Positions 21,819 through 31,497 of a stretch of 64,000 bases of DNA are shown one piece after another. The notes under the pieces were generated by a model that had not been told where the DNA came from, did not search any database, and saw only the letters and a list, made by a program, of their open reading frames with translations. The stretch is from assembly GCA_027493625.1 (NCBI GenBank), contig JAOSKM010000001.1:20657-84656 (forward strand). Reading direction: 5' to 3'. The translations under genes and the position numbers were made by a program. Source of the stretch: Planctomycetota bacterium (GTDB lineage: Bacteria > Planctomycetota > UBA8742 > UBA2392). Within the stretch, counting starts at the first letter, position 1. Every line of letters begins with the position of its first letter.

Positions 21819-22235
21819 TCACTTGCGCCGGCCGTGAAGCTTCACGACCAGCTCGGAGACGGAGTCTTTGCCCTGCAGCAACTCGCGCATGCAGGCCAGC
21901 AGGGCCCCGCGATACACCACACCAAGTTCGTGGGCCAGCGCCGGGCTGTCGACCAGCACCTGCACGGCGCCGGTCTTGCCGATGCTGCGGACTTCGGCGC
22001 GCCGGGCGGCTGCGCTGAGGCCGGGGGTCTGCTCGACGGCCATTTCCCATGCGGCGCGGATGCGCTGCAGGCGCGAGCGGTTGACGTGCTTCTGTTCGGT
22101 CAACAGCACGGTCAGTGCCTGGGCGAACGGCACCGGCAGCACGGGCGTGCGCGCGTTCTGGCGCAGCCGTTCCAGCGGGTCCTTGGAGGCTTGCTGGGGG
22201 CTGATTTTGGGGCGTTTGACCAGGCGGGTCGTCAT
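21819..22235 (-). CDS. DUF721/DciA-like protein
   Basis: 138 aa directly upstream of gyrB, the usual position of DUF721. Basic N-terminus and a family-like central block (RIRAAWEMAV ... GAVQVLVDSPALAHEL). Confidence 0.6.
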   Translation of the reverse strand: MTTRLVKRPKISPQQASKDPLERLRQNARTPVLPVPFAQALTVLLTEQKHVNRSRLQRIRAAWEMAVEQTPGLSAAARRAEVRSIGKTGAVQVLVDSPALAHELGVVYRGALLACMRELLQGKDSVSELVVKLHGRRK

Positions 22236-22476
22236 CTTTCAAAGTATACAAACCGGCGCGACATTGGGAAGGTCAACGGGCCGCAAATATGCTTGAAATA
22301 GGGTGTTGGCGGCGAATTGAAGGGTTCTGGAAAGCTTGTGGAAAAGGTGGTTGGCGGCACCCGCCTTGCCCAGAATCCGCCCTGCGTTATGATTCGCGGC
22401 CCTTGCCTGGCACAGGCAATCCTGCCTTTGCCAAAGGGCGCGAGGGTGAAGGGCCTTTCAGGCCCTTCACCCTCGC

Positions 22477-22564
22477 GGAGGGGTGACAGAGTGGCCGATT
22501 GTGCTCGCTTGGAAAGCGAGTGTACCGCAAGGTACCGGGGGTTCGAATCCCCCTCCCTCCGCCA
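22477..22564 (+). tRNA. tRNA-Ser (anticodon GGA)
   Basis: The 88-nt cloverleaf folds by hand. Acceptor GGAGGGG/TCCCTCC, anticodon arm CTCGC-TTGGAAA-GCGAG, long variable arm, T arm GGGGG-TTCGAAT-CCCCC, encoded CCA. Confidence 0.9.
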
Positions 22565-22576
22565 CAGCCGGGACCA

Positions 22577-22609
22577 GGGACAGGCACCTTTGGTGCCTGT
22601 CCCTTTTTT
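22577..22609 (+). terminator. Rho-independent terminator after tRNA-Ser
   Basis: 12-bp perfect stem gggacaggcacc/ggtgcctgtccc, 3-nt loop, followed by TTTTTT. Confidence 0.75.
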
Positions 22610-22761
22610 ACCACGAACGCTGCATGGGGACAGGCACGTTCCGTGCCTGTCCCCGGTTGTGGCACCCGCGAACCAAAGCCCGGCCTGCAAAGGCCGGGCG
22701 CATTACGGTTGATTCGCAATGAAAGGCAGATCCGCCCGGGGTTGGCACCCCGGGCTTTGGT

Positions 22762-23961
22762 TTATTTCGCGATCTGCCTCAGACGGAACAGGGCTGCCCC
22801 TGCCGGCAGCAGCGCCAGCCCGGCCAATAGCCGCCAAGCGGCCGCGCTCCAGGCTTCCGCGGGCACCACGCGCGCGGCCAGAAATTCGTCGAACAGCCCG
22901 GACGGAAAGAGTTCCGGCAGGCTGGTGGCCCTGGCCTCCAGTTGCTCCACCAGTGTGGACTTCTCGCCGGCTCGCTCCAGGGCCGCGCGGCGGTCGCGCG
23001 CCATCTTCGTGGTGGGGGCCAGGCTGGGCAGCAGCGTCAGCGTCGAGAACAGCAGCAGCCCCGCCAGCACGGCCGTGGGCGCCGTGGCCAGCGAGCGCAC
23101 CAGCAGCACCAGCAGCAGGCAAAGCAGTGCCGCGCCGCATGACAGCATGAACAGCCGGGCCACACTGCCCCACGGGCTTGCGCGCTCGAGCTCAAGGCGC
23201 ACGCGATCGGGAGAGGCTCCGACGATCAGCACCGGGTCCGTTGGCTGCACAACCAGGCTGCCGGATTCGGGCCACGCGCCCTCAAACTGCACACGATAAC
23301 GCGACTGCACGGTGGTCGCCAGGGGCGTGCGCACGTTTCCGTTCTGCAGCCACACCGCAACCGGCGCGCGGTCGCGGGGAGGCGCCTCGGCCGTCCACAC
23401 CAGTTGAAACTCCACGGTGCCCTTGAGCGTTTCACCGGCACGCGCGGGCAAGGGCAGGACCAGCTCTTCGCCGTAGGCCGGGTTGGCCCATGTGGTGGCG
23501 TCAGCCTGCCCCGCGGCTGTCTGCAGCGCGCCGTCCTTGACGCGCTGTTTGCTGATGGCGTCGGGGCTGCGCGTGACGGTGAGGTCGCCGTCCAGCCACT
23601 GGTTGGCGAGCACCCCGCCCAGGGCGAACAGCCCCGCAGCCAGCACCAGCACCCCGCCGCCGGCCAGTGCCGCGCCCAGGAAGTACTCGCTGCGCCGGGC
23701 GGGCAGCACGCTCCAGCCGCGCTTGAGGGCGGGCTTCAGCAGGAAGCCGCCGCCCAGGATGGCCGCCAGCGGGAACACCACGCGCAGACCTTCACTGGTG
23801 ATGCTGCGCGTCAGCCAGGCGCGCGTGTCGGCGCTTTCACCGAACAGCAGCGCCAGGGCCGGCACCGCCAGCAGCAGCACCAGCGCGAGCAGCGGTGCCA
23901 GGCGCGCGCGCAGGGCCTCAAGCAGCGCGGCGCGGGCGATTGCCAGCACGCGGCTGATCAT
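22762..23961 (-). CDS. ABC-2-type transporter permease-like membrane protein
   Basis: 399 aa with TM segments at both ends and a large central extracytoplasmic region. 4-bp overlap with the upstream ATPase gene. Confidence 0.55.
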   Translation of the reverse strand: MISRVLAIARAALLEALRARLAPLLALVLLLAVPALALLFGESADTRAWLTRSITSEGLRVVFPLAAILGGGFLLKPALKRGWSVLPARRSEYFLGAALAGGGVLVLAAGLFALGGVLANQWLDGDLTVTRSPDAISKQRVKDGALQTAAGQADATTWANPAYGEELVLPLPARAGETLKGTVEFQLVWTAEAPPRDRAPVAVWLQNGNVRTPLATTVQSRYRVQFEGAWPESGSLVVQPTDPVLIVGASPDRVRLELERASPWGSVARLFMLSCGAALLCLLLVLLVRSLATAPTAVLAGLLLFSTLTLLPSLAPTTKMARDRRAALERAGEKSTLVEQLEARATSLPELFPSGLFDEFLAARVVPAEAWSAAAWRLLAGLALLPAGAALFRLRQIAK

Positions 23962-24809
23962 GGCTTGGGGTCCTTGTCGCCCAGCATCTTGAGGTAGAAG
24001 GCCTCCAGCGTGCGCATGGGTGCGCGTGAACTGAGTACGTTGAGGCCCTTCTCGCGGGCCAGTTCTTCCAGCGCGCGGATGGCATCAGGCGTAGGCGGGC
24101 TGAGGCGCAGCTCGTGCACGTCTTTCTCGCGCAGCAGCTCTTCCAGTGTGCCCTCGCTCAGCAGCTTGCCCTTGCTCAGGAAGGCTACGCGGTCGCACAC
24201 GTTCTCGAGCTCGCCCAGCAGGTGGCTGGAGATCAGGATGGCCTTGCCCTGCTTGCGCAGCTCGCCGATCAGCTCTTTGACCTGCACGGCGCCCAGCGGG
24301 TCCAGGCCGCTGGTGGGCTCGTCCAGGATGAAGACGTCCGGCTCGGCGATCAGCACGCAGGCGATGCCGAGGCGGCGCTGCATGCCCTTGCTGAATCCTT
24401 TCACGCGGCGCCTGGCGGCATCCTTCAGGCTCAGGCGCTCCAGCAGCTCGTGGGCCTTGTCGGCCGCCTGCTTGCGCGTCAGCCCTGCCAGCGCGCCGTG
24501 CAGCTTGAGGGTTTCCAGCGCGGTCAGGAAGGGCAGCAGCGTGCTGTCTTCGGGCAGGAAGCCGGTGGCCTTGCGGGCCGCCAGGCTACCGGGTTTTGCG
24601 CCGCCGATCGTCACGCCGCCGCTGGATGGGCGCAGCAGGCCGACGGCAATCTTGAAGGTGGTGGACTTGCCGCTGCCGTTGGGGCCCAGCAGGCCGAAGA
24701 CTTCGCCGGCGTTGACGTTAAGCGAAAGGCCGTCGAGCGCTTGCACGCGTCGACGGCCGAAGAAGTCACGAAAGGTCTTGCAGAGGTTGGAGATTTCAAC
24801 CGCGGGCAC
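23958..24809 (-). CDS. ABC transporter ATP-binding protein
   Basis: Walker A GPNGSGKST, signature FSKGMQRRL, Walker B FILDEPTSGLD. GTG start at 24809. Confidence 0.9.
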   Translation of the reverse strand: MPAVEISNLCKTFRDFFGRRRVQALDGLSLNVNAGEVFGLLGPNGSGKSTTFKIAVGLLRPSSGGVTIGGAKPGSLAARKATGFLPEDSTLLPFLTALETLKLHGALAGLTRKQAADKAHELLERLSLKDAARRRVKGFSKGMQRRLGIACVLIAEPDVFILDEPTSGLDPLGAVQVKELIGELRKQGKAILISSHLLGELENVCDRVAFLSKGKLLSEGTLEELLREKDVHELRLSPPTPDAIRALEELAREKGLNVLSSRAPMRTLEAFYLKMLGDKDPKP

Positions 24810-24811
24810 GG

Positions 24812-25009
24812 TTAGATCTGCGACATGAAGGTTGCCTGCAGCTTGCGCTTGAGCCCCTGGCGCTTCTTGCGGGCGCGGGTGATGCTCGGCTTCTCGTAGT
24901 GGGACTGGCGCTTCATGGCGCGTGTCAGGCCTTCTTTTTCACAGGCCTTCTTGAAGCGACGAAGCAACTGTTCCACGGATTCCGAACTACGCGCCTTGAT
25001 CTTGACCAT
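24812..25009 (-). CDS. rpsU: 30S ribosomal protein S21
   Basis: 65 aa starting at ATG 25009 (MVKIKARSSESVEQLLRRFKKACEKEGLTRAMKRQSHYEKPS). The longer ORF to 25159 is an upstream extension. Confidence 0.9.
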   Translation of the reverse strand: MVKIKARSSESVEQLLRRFKKACEKEGLTRAMKRQSHYEKPSITRARKKRQGLKRKLQATFMSQI

Positions 25010-25193
25010 ACTTAACCTGAACTCTCGCCTCAGTTTATGCCGCCTTGCGGCGACGTGCCTGCCATGAAAAACACACTCCCGCTCAAAGTCGGGGAGGGAA
25101 CTATAGCCCGCCGGGGGGCGGGCTGCAAGTCCGCGACTTTTTGAAATTTCGGGAAGCAATTGACCGTTCGGTTAGTTTGTTGGTTTACATACT

Positions 25194-25205
25194 TACCGTA
25201 CGGTA
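25194..25205. promoter_or_regulatory. Perfect 12-bp palindrome, candidate TetR operator
   Basis: TACCGTACGGTA lies 15 bp upstream of the tetR-family start and runs into a TATATAA (-10-like) box. Confidence 0.35.
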
Positions 25206-25219
25206 TATAAAGGCCTCCC

Positions 25220-25831
25220 ATGGGCGGCAGTTCACCGGCAACCGAAGCAGACACGAAACTCGTCATCCTGCGCGAGGCAGCGGCCCTGTTCGCGACCCGC
25301 GGCTACGACGCCGTCAGCGTGCGCGAAATCGTGGAGGCGTCGGGCGTCACCAAGCCCGCACTCTACTACCACTTCGGCAGCAAGGAGGGCGTGGCGCGCG
25401 CCATGGTGGAGTACTTCCTGCAGGCCGCCACGGAAATGCGCACCCGCGTGTTCGCGCAGGCCGGCGCGGTGCGCGAGCTGCTTGAGCTTTACACCGGTGA
25501 AATGCTCGAGCTGGCCCAGCAGCACCGAAACACCCTGGCGTTTGCATTCTCGCTGTGGTTCGGGCGCAGCAGCCTGAAAGAGCTGATCCGCCACGCCGAA
25601 GAGTATGACACCTGCGCCGTGCGCGATTGGACCGCGCGGCTGGGTGAGCTGGGAATGTCGCAGCACGCCGCCCAGGCCGCAGTCAGGGCCTACTGGGCGC
25701 TGCTGATGCAGGAACTGATGAAGGTGGTGCAGTGCCCGCGCTTCGAGGGCTGCGCCAGGACACTCGCGACTGACATGGCCACGCTGGTTCTGCACGGCGC
25801 GGCCGCATTCAATGAAGAGAGCGATGTATGA
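25220..25831 (+). CDS. TetR/AcrR-family transcriptional regulator
   Basis: N-terminal HTH (ILREAAALFATRGYDAVSVREIVEASGVTKPALYYHFGSKE). ATGA overlap with the next gene. Confidence 0.85.
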   Translation: MGGSSPATEADTKLVILREAAALFATRGYDAVSVREIVEASGVTKPALYYHFGSKEGVARAMVEYFLQAATEMRTRVFAQAGAVRELLELYTGEMLELAQQHRNTLAFAFSLWFGRSSLKELIRHAEEYDTCAVRDWTARLGELGMSQHAAQAAVRAYWALLMQELMKVVQCPRFEGCARTLATDMATLVLHGAAAFNEESDV

Positions 25832-27030
25832 GGACGAGAATCGTGTGTCTGCTGGCCCTGCCCATGCTGCTGGCCGCCTGCGGCGCGGGCGCGCCGCCGG
25901 AGGTGAGTGACGCCAGGCCCGCGCGCAACGTGGTGGTGCGGCTGGTGAAGCCGCAGCCCCTGGAGGTGCAGATCAAGCTGCCGGTGGTGGTGCGCCCCAA
26001 AGAGGAACTCGAGTTGCGCGCCGCCGCCCAGGGCGTGATCCGCAAGCTGGCCTACGACAAGGGGGACACTGTCCCGGCTTCGAAGCTGCCCGAACGCCGC
26101 TGGCTGGAAGTCAGCGAGTTCCTGGCCGCGCAGCCCGAGGGCGTCGCTCCCACGCAGGAACAGGTGGTGTTCCGGAACCTCGCCCACCTGCAGGGCGTTG
26201 AGTGTTTCGCGCGCATCGATGACAGCCAGCTGCTGCAGAGCTTCCGTGAGGCGCAGGAAAGCTACGACCAGGCCGTGCGCGACCTCAAGCGCACCGAGGA
26301 GTACCCGCAGTCAACCGGCTCGCAGCTCGATGCCGCGCGCACGCGCTGCAGCATGGCGCGGGCCGCCGTTGAGCGGGTGCTGGGCATGATCGAGGACAGC
26401 TACGTGTGCAACCCGGCCCGGGGCATCCTGACGGAGCGCACCCGCCTGCAGGGCGAGTTCGTCCACGCCGGCGAGCTGATCGGGCGGGTCGCCGTGATGG
26501 ACCGCCTGGTCGCCGAGCTGGAGATTCCCGAGGCTCACCGCCAGGCGCTCAGGCAGGGCGAGAAGCTGGACGTCGTGCTCGGCTCGCTGAAAGACGCGCA
26601 GGGCCGGCGCATGGTCCGCGAAGGAACCATCACCCGCATCGACACCGTCGCACACCCGGTCACCCACAGCTTCACCGTGGACGTTGAGCTGGACAACGCC
26701 GACCTGGCCCTGCCGGCCGGCATCTTCGGCACGGTCGGCGTGACCATCTACAGCAGCCCGGCAGCGCTGGTGGTGCCGCTGAGCGCCGTGCGCCTGAGCG
26801 GCACGAAGAAGTCGCTGTTCGTGCTGCCGGCCGCGGGCGGCAGCCGGGTGCAGGAGCTGGCGGACATCGAACTGGGGCAGATGAACCTGCAGTGGGTCGA
26901 GGTGCGGGGCGACAAGCTGAAGTCGGGGATGCGCGTGGTGACCTTCGGCGCGCAGATGCTCGCCGACGGCGATGAAGTCACGTGGACCGAGCAGGACCCC
27001 TACGTGCTGAAGCAGGAGTCCAGCCCATGA
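25828..27030 (+). CDS. RND efflux periplasmic adaptor (MFP/HlyD family) lipoprotein
   Basis: Lipobox LLAAC, coiled-coil hairpin region, beta-barrel C-terminal half. ATGA overlap with the RND pump gene. Confidence 0.8.
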   Translation: MRTRIVCLLALPMLLAACGAGAPPEVSDARPARNVVVRLVKPQPLEVQIKLPVVVRPKEELELRAAAQGVIRKLAYDKGDTVPASKLPERRWLEVSEFLAAQPEGVAPTQEQVVFRNLAHLQGVECFARIDDSQLLQSFREAQESYDQAVRDLKRTEEYPQSTGSQLDAARTRCSMARAAVERVLGMIEDSYVCNPARGILTERTRLQGEFVHAGELIGRVAVMDRLVAELEIPEAHRQALRQGEKLDVVLGSLKDAQGRRMVREGTITRIDTVAHPVTHSFTVDVELDNADLALPAGIFGTVGVTIYSSPAALVVPLSAVRLSGTKKSLFVLPAAGGSRVQELADIELGQMNLQWVEVRGDKLKSGMRVVTFGAQMLADGDEVTWTEQDPYVLKQESSP

Positions 27031-30000
27031 TCATTACCGACTTCTCGGTGAAACACCGGGTTGCCGTCGTGGTGCTGATCTTCGGCATCGCGCTGCTGGG
27101 CACCTTCAGCTACCTGACCGTCCCGCGCGAAAGCGCCCCGGACATCAAGGTGCCGCTGGTGACCGTGATGGTGCCGTGGCCGGAAGCAAGCCCGGAAGAC
27201 GTCGAAAGCTCGATCACCATCCCGCTCGAGCGCCAGCTCAAGAACCTGAAAGGGCTGACCGAGCTGACCAGCGTCAGCGTCGAGGGCGCCAGCATCACCA
27301 CCTGCGAGTTCGACCCGAACATCCCGGTCGAAGACGCGCTGCAGAAGGTGCGCGAAAAGTACGACATCGCGAAGACCGAATTCCCGGCCGACGTCGAGGA
27401 CGAGAACATCTCGGAGCTCAGCTTCTCGGAGTTCCCGATCATGATCGTCACGCTGTTCGGGGCCGAGGTGCCGGTGCTCGAGCACATCGCCGAAGAGCTG
27501 GAAGACCGCATCGAGGGCCTGCCCGGCGTGCTGAACGTGGAGATCAGCGGCGGCATCGAGCCGCAGATCGAGATCGAGATCGACCCCGAGAAGCTCGAAG
27601 GCTACAAGCTTCCCGTCAACGAACTGATCGAGCGCCTGCGCGGCGAGAACGTTGACGTCTCCGCGGGCAGCGTCGACACCGGCAGCGTCAAGCCTTCCGT
27701 GCGCATCCCCGGCGAGTTCAAGACGCCCGCCGACGTCGAGGCGCTGGTGATTCACACCGTGGACGGCCGCCCCGTCTACCTGCGCGACGTCGCGCGCGCC
27801 TACCTCAGTTACAAGGACCCGATCAGCTACGCCCGCCGCGACGGGCGACCGGCGGTGCAGCTCAGCATCCAGAAGCGCGCCGGCGCGGACATTTTGCCGA
27901 TCACCGAGGCCGTGAAGTACGGGATGAAGCAGGCAAAGGCGGAGTTCCCGTCCGGCGTGGACTACGCCGTGCTTACCGACGAGTCGGACAACATCCGCAA
28001 CATGATCAGCGACCTGGAGAACAACATTCTTTCGGGCCTGGTGCTGGTGCTGCTGGTGATCTTCTTTGCCATGGGCCTGCGCAACGCGCTGTTCGTTTCG
28101 CTGGCGATTCCGCTCAGCATGCTGATGAGCTTCTCGATCCTGCAGGCGATGGGCGTGACGCTGAACATGGTTGTGCTGTTCAGCCTGATCCTGGCCCAGG
28201 GCATGCTGGTGGACAACGCCATCGTGATCGTCGAGAACATCTTCCGCCACATCGGCATGGGCAAAACGCCGATCCAGGCCGCCATGGACGGCACGTCAGA
28301 AGTGGCATGGCCGGTGATCGCCAGTACCGCCACCACCGTGGGCGCGTTCCTGCCCATGGTGTTCTGGCCGGGCATCATGGGCGAGTTCATGAAGTTCCTG
28401 CCCATCACGGTGATCGTCACGCTGCTGGCCAGCCTGTTCGTGGCGCTGGTGATCAACCCGACCGTGGCGGCGGCGCTGATGCGCTTCCGCAAGCCGACAC
28501 AGAGCGCGCTGGGCCGCAAGGTAGAAGGCGCGGGCAAGCAGGTGATCTTCAACTACGAGCGCTTCCTGCGCCTGGCGCTGCGCTTCCCCAAGACCACCAT
28601 CGGCATCGCGACGCTGCTGCTGGTGCTGATCACCATGACCTACAGCGCCATGGGCCACGGCGTGGAGCTGTTCCCGGAGGTCGAGCCCAAGCTGGCGTTC
28701 GTGAACATCACCGCGCCCGAGGGCACCAGCCTGCAGAAAACCGACGCGCTGGCGAAGGTGGTGGAGTCGCGCCTGCCGCAGAGCCCGGACATCAAGGGGA
28801 TTGAAACCACCGTCGGCGGCAAGGGCGTGGGCAACCCCATGGAGGGCGGCGCCGATGCCACCCACCTCGCGCGCGTCACCATCAGCTTCAAGGACCAGGC
28901 CGACCGCGAGGGCAGCCCCGCCGAGTACCTTGAGAAGCTGCGCCCGCTGATCGTGGACCTGCCGGGCGCCGAGTTCGAGATCAAGCGCCAGTCGATGGGT
29001 CCGCCCACCGGCCCGCCCATCAACGTGGAAGTCAGCGTCGCCGACGAGTCGCAGCTTCCCGCCGCGGCCCGTGCCGTGCGGCGCATCGTCGAGGGCGTGG
29101 ACGGCGTGATCGACCTGCGCGACGACCTGCGCACCGGCAAGCCCGAGCTGCGCGTGCGCGTGGACCGCCAGAAGGCCGCGCTGCTGGGCCTCAACACCCA
29201 GTGGATCGGCAACTTCGTCAAGATGCTGATCAACGGCCAGCGTATCGGCGGCTACGACGACGGCCGTGAAGAGCGCGACATCCTGGTGCGCCTGCCCGAG
29301 GAACGCCGCAACGACCCGACGGTGCTGGACTCGATCCGCGTCAGCGACGCGCTTGGCAACGCGATCCCGCTTTCCACGGTGTGCAGCTGGGACTACGTGG
29401 GCGGCGCGGGCACCGTGCGGCGCAAGGGCGGCCAGCGCGTGCTGACCGTTTCCGCCGACGTGGCGGACGGCTACCAGGCGCAAGTGCTGCTGAAGGAGAT
29501 CGAGGCGAAGATCGCGCTGGAGAAAGCGAGCATGCCCCTGGGCTTCGAGGCGCGCTTCACGGGTGAGAATGAAGACCAGCAGGAGGCCGCCACCTTCCTG
29601 ACCGAGGCCTTCGTGATCGCGCTGCTGGTGATCATGTTCATCCTGGTGCTGCAGTTCAACGGCGTGCTGCAGGCCGGCATCATCCTGAGCAGCGTGATCA
29701 TGTCGCTGATGGGCGTGATGCTGAGCCTGCTGGTGCTGGCGCAGCCCTTCGGCATCATCATGACCGGCGTGGCCGTGGTGTCGCTGGCGGGCGTGGTGGT
29801 GAACAACGCGATCGTGCTGATCGACTACATCAACCAGTTGCGCTCAAAGCACGGGCTGGCGCTGCATGACGCCATTGTCGAGGCCGGCAAGACACGCCTG
29901 CGCCCGGTGATGCTGACGGCCATCACCACCGGCCTGGGCCTGCTGCCCATGGCGCTGCAGTTCAGCTTCGACTTCCGCCAGTTCAAGTTCGTGGTGGGCG

Positions 30001-30278
30001 GCGAGTCGGCGGCATGGTGGGCGCCGCTGGCGACCGCCGTGATCTTCGGCCTGATGATCGCGACCGTGCTGACGCTGATCCTGGTGCCGGCCGCGTATCT
30101 GCTGACCGACGGCTGGTCGGGCTGGTACCGGCGCTTCTTCAACCGCGTGTTCGGCAGCGCCGACGAGTTGTCCGACGACCAGAAGCAGACCGAGAACGGC
30201 CCGGCCGCGCAACCGAAGCAGCCGGAGCCACGTCCCGCGCCGCAACTGGAACCGGAACCGGTTCCATCGTTTGACTAG
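27027..30278 (+). CDS. RND (AcrB/HAE-type) efflux permease
   Basis: About 1083 aa from ATG 27027 (MIITDFSVKHRVAVVVLIFG). 12-TM, two-large-loop architecture with typical blocks (VDNAIVIVENI, AAWWAPLATAVIFGL). Pro/Gln-rich C-terminal tail. Confidence 0.9.
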   Translation: MIITDFSVKHRVAVVVLIFGIALLGTFSYLTVPRESAPDIKVPLVTVMVPWPEASPEDVESSITIPLERQLKNLKGLTELTSVSVEGASITTCEFDPNIPVEDALQKVREKYDIAKTEFPADVEDENISELSFSEFPIMIVTLFGAEVPVLEHIAEELEDRIEGLPGVLNVEISGGIEPQIEIEIDPEKLEGYKLPVNELIERLRGENVDVSAGSVDTGSVKPSVRIPGEFKTPADVEALVIHTVDGRPVYLRDVARAYLSYKDPISYARRDGRPAVQLSIQKRAGADILPITEAVKYGMKQAKAEFPSGVDYAVLTDESDNIRNMISDLENNILSGLVLVLLVIFFAMGLRNALFVSLAIPLSMLMSFSILQAMGVTLNMVVLFSLILAQGMLVDNAIVIVENIFRHIGMGKTPIQAAMDGTSEVAWPVIASTATTVGAFLPMVFWPGIMGEFMKFLPITVIVTLLASLFVALVINPTVAAALMRFRKPTQSALGRKVEGAGKQVIFNYERFLRLALRFPKTTIGIATLLLVLITMTYSAMGHGVELFPEVEPKLAFVNITAPEGTSLQKTDALAKVVESRLPQSPDIKGIETTVGGKGVGNPMEGGADATHLARVTISFKDQADREGSPAEYLEKLRPLIVDLPGAEFEIKRQSMGPPTGPPINVEVSVADESQLPAAARAVRRIVEGVDGVIDLRDDLRTGKPELRVRVDRQKAALLGLNTQWIGNFVKMLINGQRIGGYDDGREERDILVRLPEERRNDPTVLDSIRVSDALGNAIPLSTVCSWDYVGGAGTVRRKGGQRVLTVSADVADGYQAQVLLKEIEAKIALEKASMPLGFEARFTGENEDQQEAATFLTEAFVIALLVIMFILVLQFNGVLQAGIILSSVIMSLMGVMLSLLVLAQPFGIIMTGVAVVSLAGVVVNNAIVLIDYINQLRSKHGLALHDAIVEAGKTRLRPVMLTAITTGLGLLPMALQFSFDFRQFKFVVGGESAAWWAPLATAVIFGLMIATVLTLILVPAAYLLTDGWSGWYRRFFNRVFGSADELSDDQKQTENGPAAQPKQPEPRPAPQLEPEPVPSFD

Positions 30279-30618
30279 TTCGGCGTCGGGCAAGTTCTCC
30301 GCCGGTTGCAGCCTGACCGGAAATGCAACCGCGAAGCACCGCGAAGGGCCGCGAAGATACAGATCTTGGCGGCTCTTTGCGGTTGCAATTCGGTGCCAAC
30401 TGCCAACGGGCCACGAAAACACCAAAGCACAAAACAATGCCTCACTGAAACTGCCGGCAATTTTCCTGGCAGGACCTTTAGTGCTTTTGTGGCCCATCAA
30501 CACGAAGCTCGCAAAGAACTGCGGGGCGGCGCCCGGACAATCCGTGGTCCCCGCGCGATGCAGCAGTTGCAGTACTTCGCGGCCCTTGGCGGCTCTTCGC
30601 GGTTACCGCGTCGTTCGA

Positions 30619-31386
30619 CTAGTCAAGCAGCGCAAAGCGCAGCAGGCCGCCGATGCCTGCCAGCGTCACCAGCCCGCCCAGCACGATACGGAAAGGGCGC
30701 GGCTTGAGGCGCCGATGTGTCCGGATGCCGAGCAGCATCGCACCCACAATCACCGGCAGGGCATAGCCGAACCACGCCAGGTGCGTCGTCGTGTAGACGC
30801 CGCCGGCCGCCAGCGTGGCGAGTCGCGCGATTCCCGCCGCGTTGGTGATGATCACCGTGCGGTTGCGGAACACGCCGGGGTCATCGCTGGCGCGGCTCAG
30901 CAGAATGAAAACCACGGGCCCGCCCATGCCGAACAGGCCGCTCAGCACGCCCGCCAGCGCGCCGGTCGGCAGCGCCCAGCGGTTCACGGATCGCAGGCTG
31001 GCGGGTGGATGGTCCGGCCGCAGCGCCAGGTACATGCCGGCGCCCAGCACGGCCAGCGCCAGCACCAGGGAAAGCCAGCGCAGCTCAAGCCGCGGCAGCA
31101 GCAGCGCAAAGGTGACGGTCACCGGAACCATGCCGGCAAGCAGCAGCAGTGTGAAACGTTCAAGTTTCAGCTTGCGCCAGAACAGCAACGCCATCAGCGC
31201 GCTGGCGAACACGTCGGCGATGGCGATCCAGTACAGCCCGTCACGCAGGCTGAGCCCGCCGGTCAGGCCCAGTGCCAGCGCGGTCAGCAGCCCGGCGTTG
31301 AACACGATCGCGCTGGCGGCGCCGGTCACGCCCTTGGTGAAGTAGGCGAACACGGACAGGATGCAGATGATCAGCACAGGCGTCAT
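30619..31386 (-). CDS. TauE/SafE-family anion exporter
   Basis: 255 aa from ATG 31386 (MTPVLIICILSVFAYFTKGVTGAASAIV) with 7-8 TM segments. The ORF track extension to 31821 runs through the repeat element and is not coding. Confidence 0.7.
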   Translation of the reverse strand: MTPVLIICILSVFAYFTKGVTGAASAIVFNAGLLTALALGLTGGLSLRDGLYWIAIADVFASALMALLFWRKLKLERFTLLLLAGMVPVTVTFALLLPRLELRWLSLVLALAVLGAGMYLALRPDHPPASLRSVNRWALPTGALAGVLSGLFGMGGPVVFILLSRASDDPGVFRNRTVIITNAAGIARLATLAAGGVYTTTHLAWFGYALPVIVGAMLLGIRTHRRLKPRPFRIVLGGLVTLAGIGGLLRFALLD

Positions 31387-31497
31387 CGCCGCAGATAGTG
31401 CAGCGTCGCGCCCGATCAGGCAATGCCGCCACTGTTGCACCAGCAGTCTTGCCCGATGCTGCAAGGGGATGAAGCACCAGGAATGCATAAGCCATTC

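Noticed and set aside
30271-31398. 375-aa plus-strand ORF, and the 400-aa version of the TauE ORF (30619-31821).
   Set aside because: The first is antisense to TauE plus repeat DNA. The second extends a 255-aa transporter through the family B repeat, and the real start is ATG 31386.
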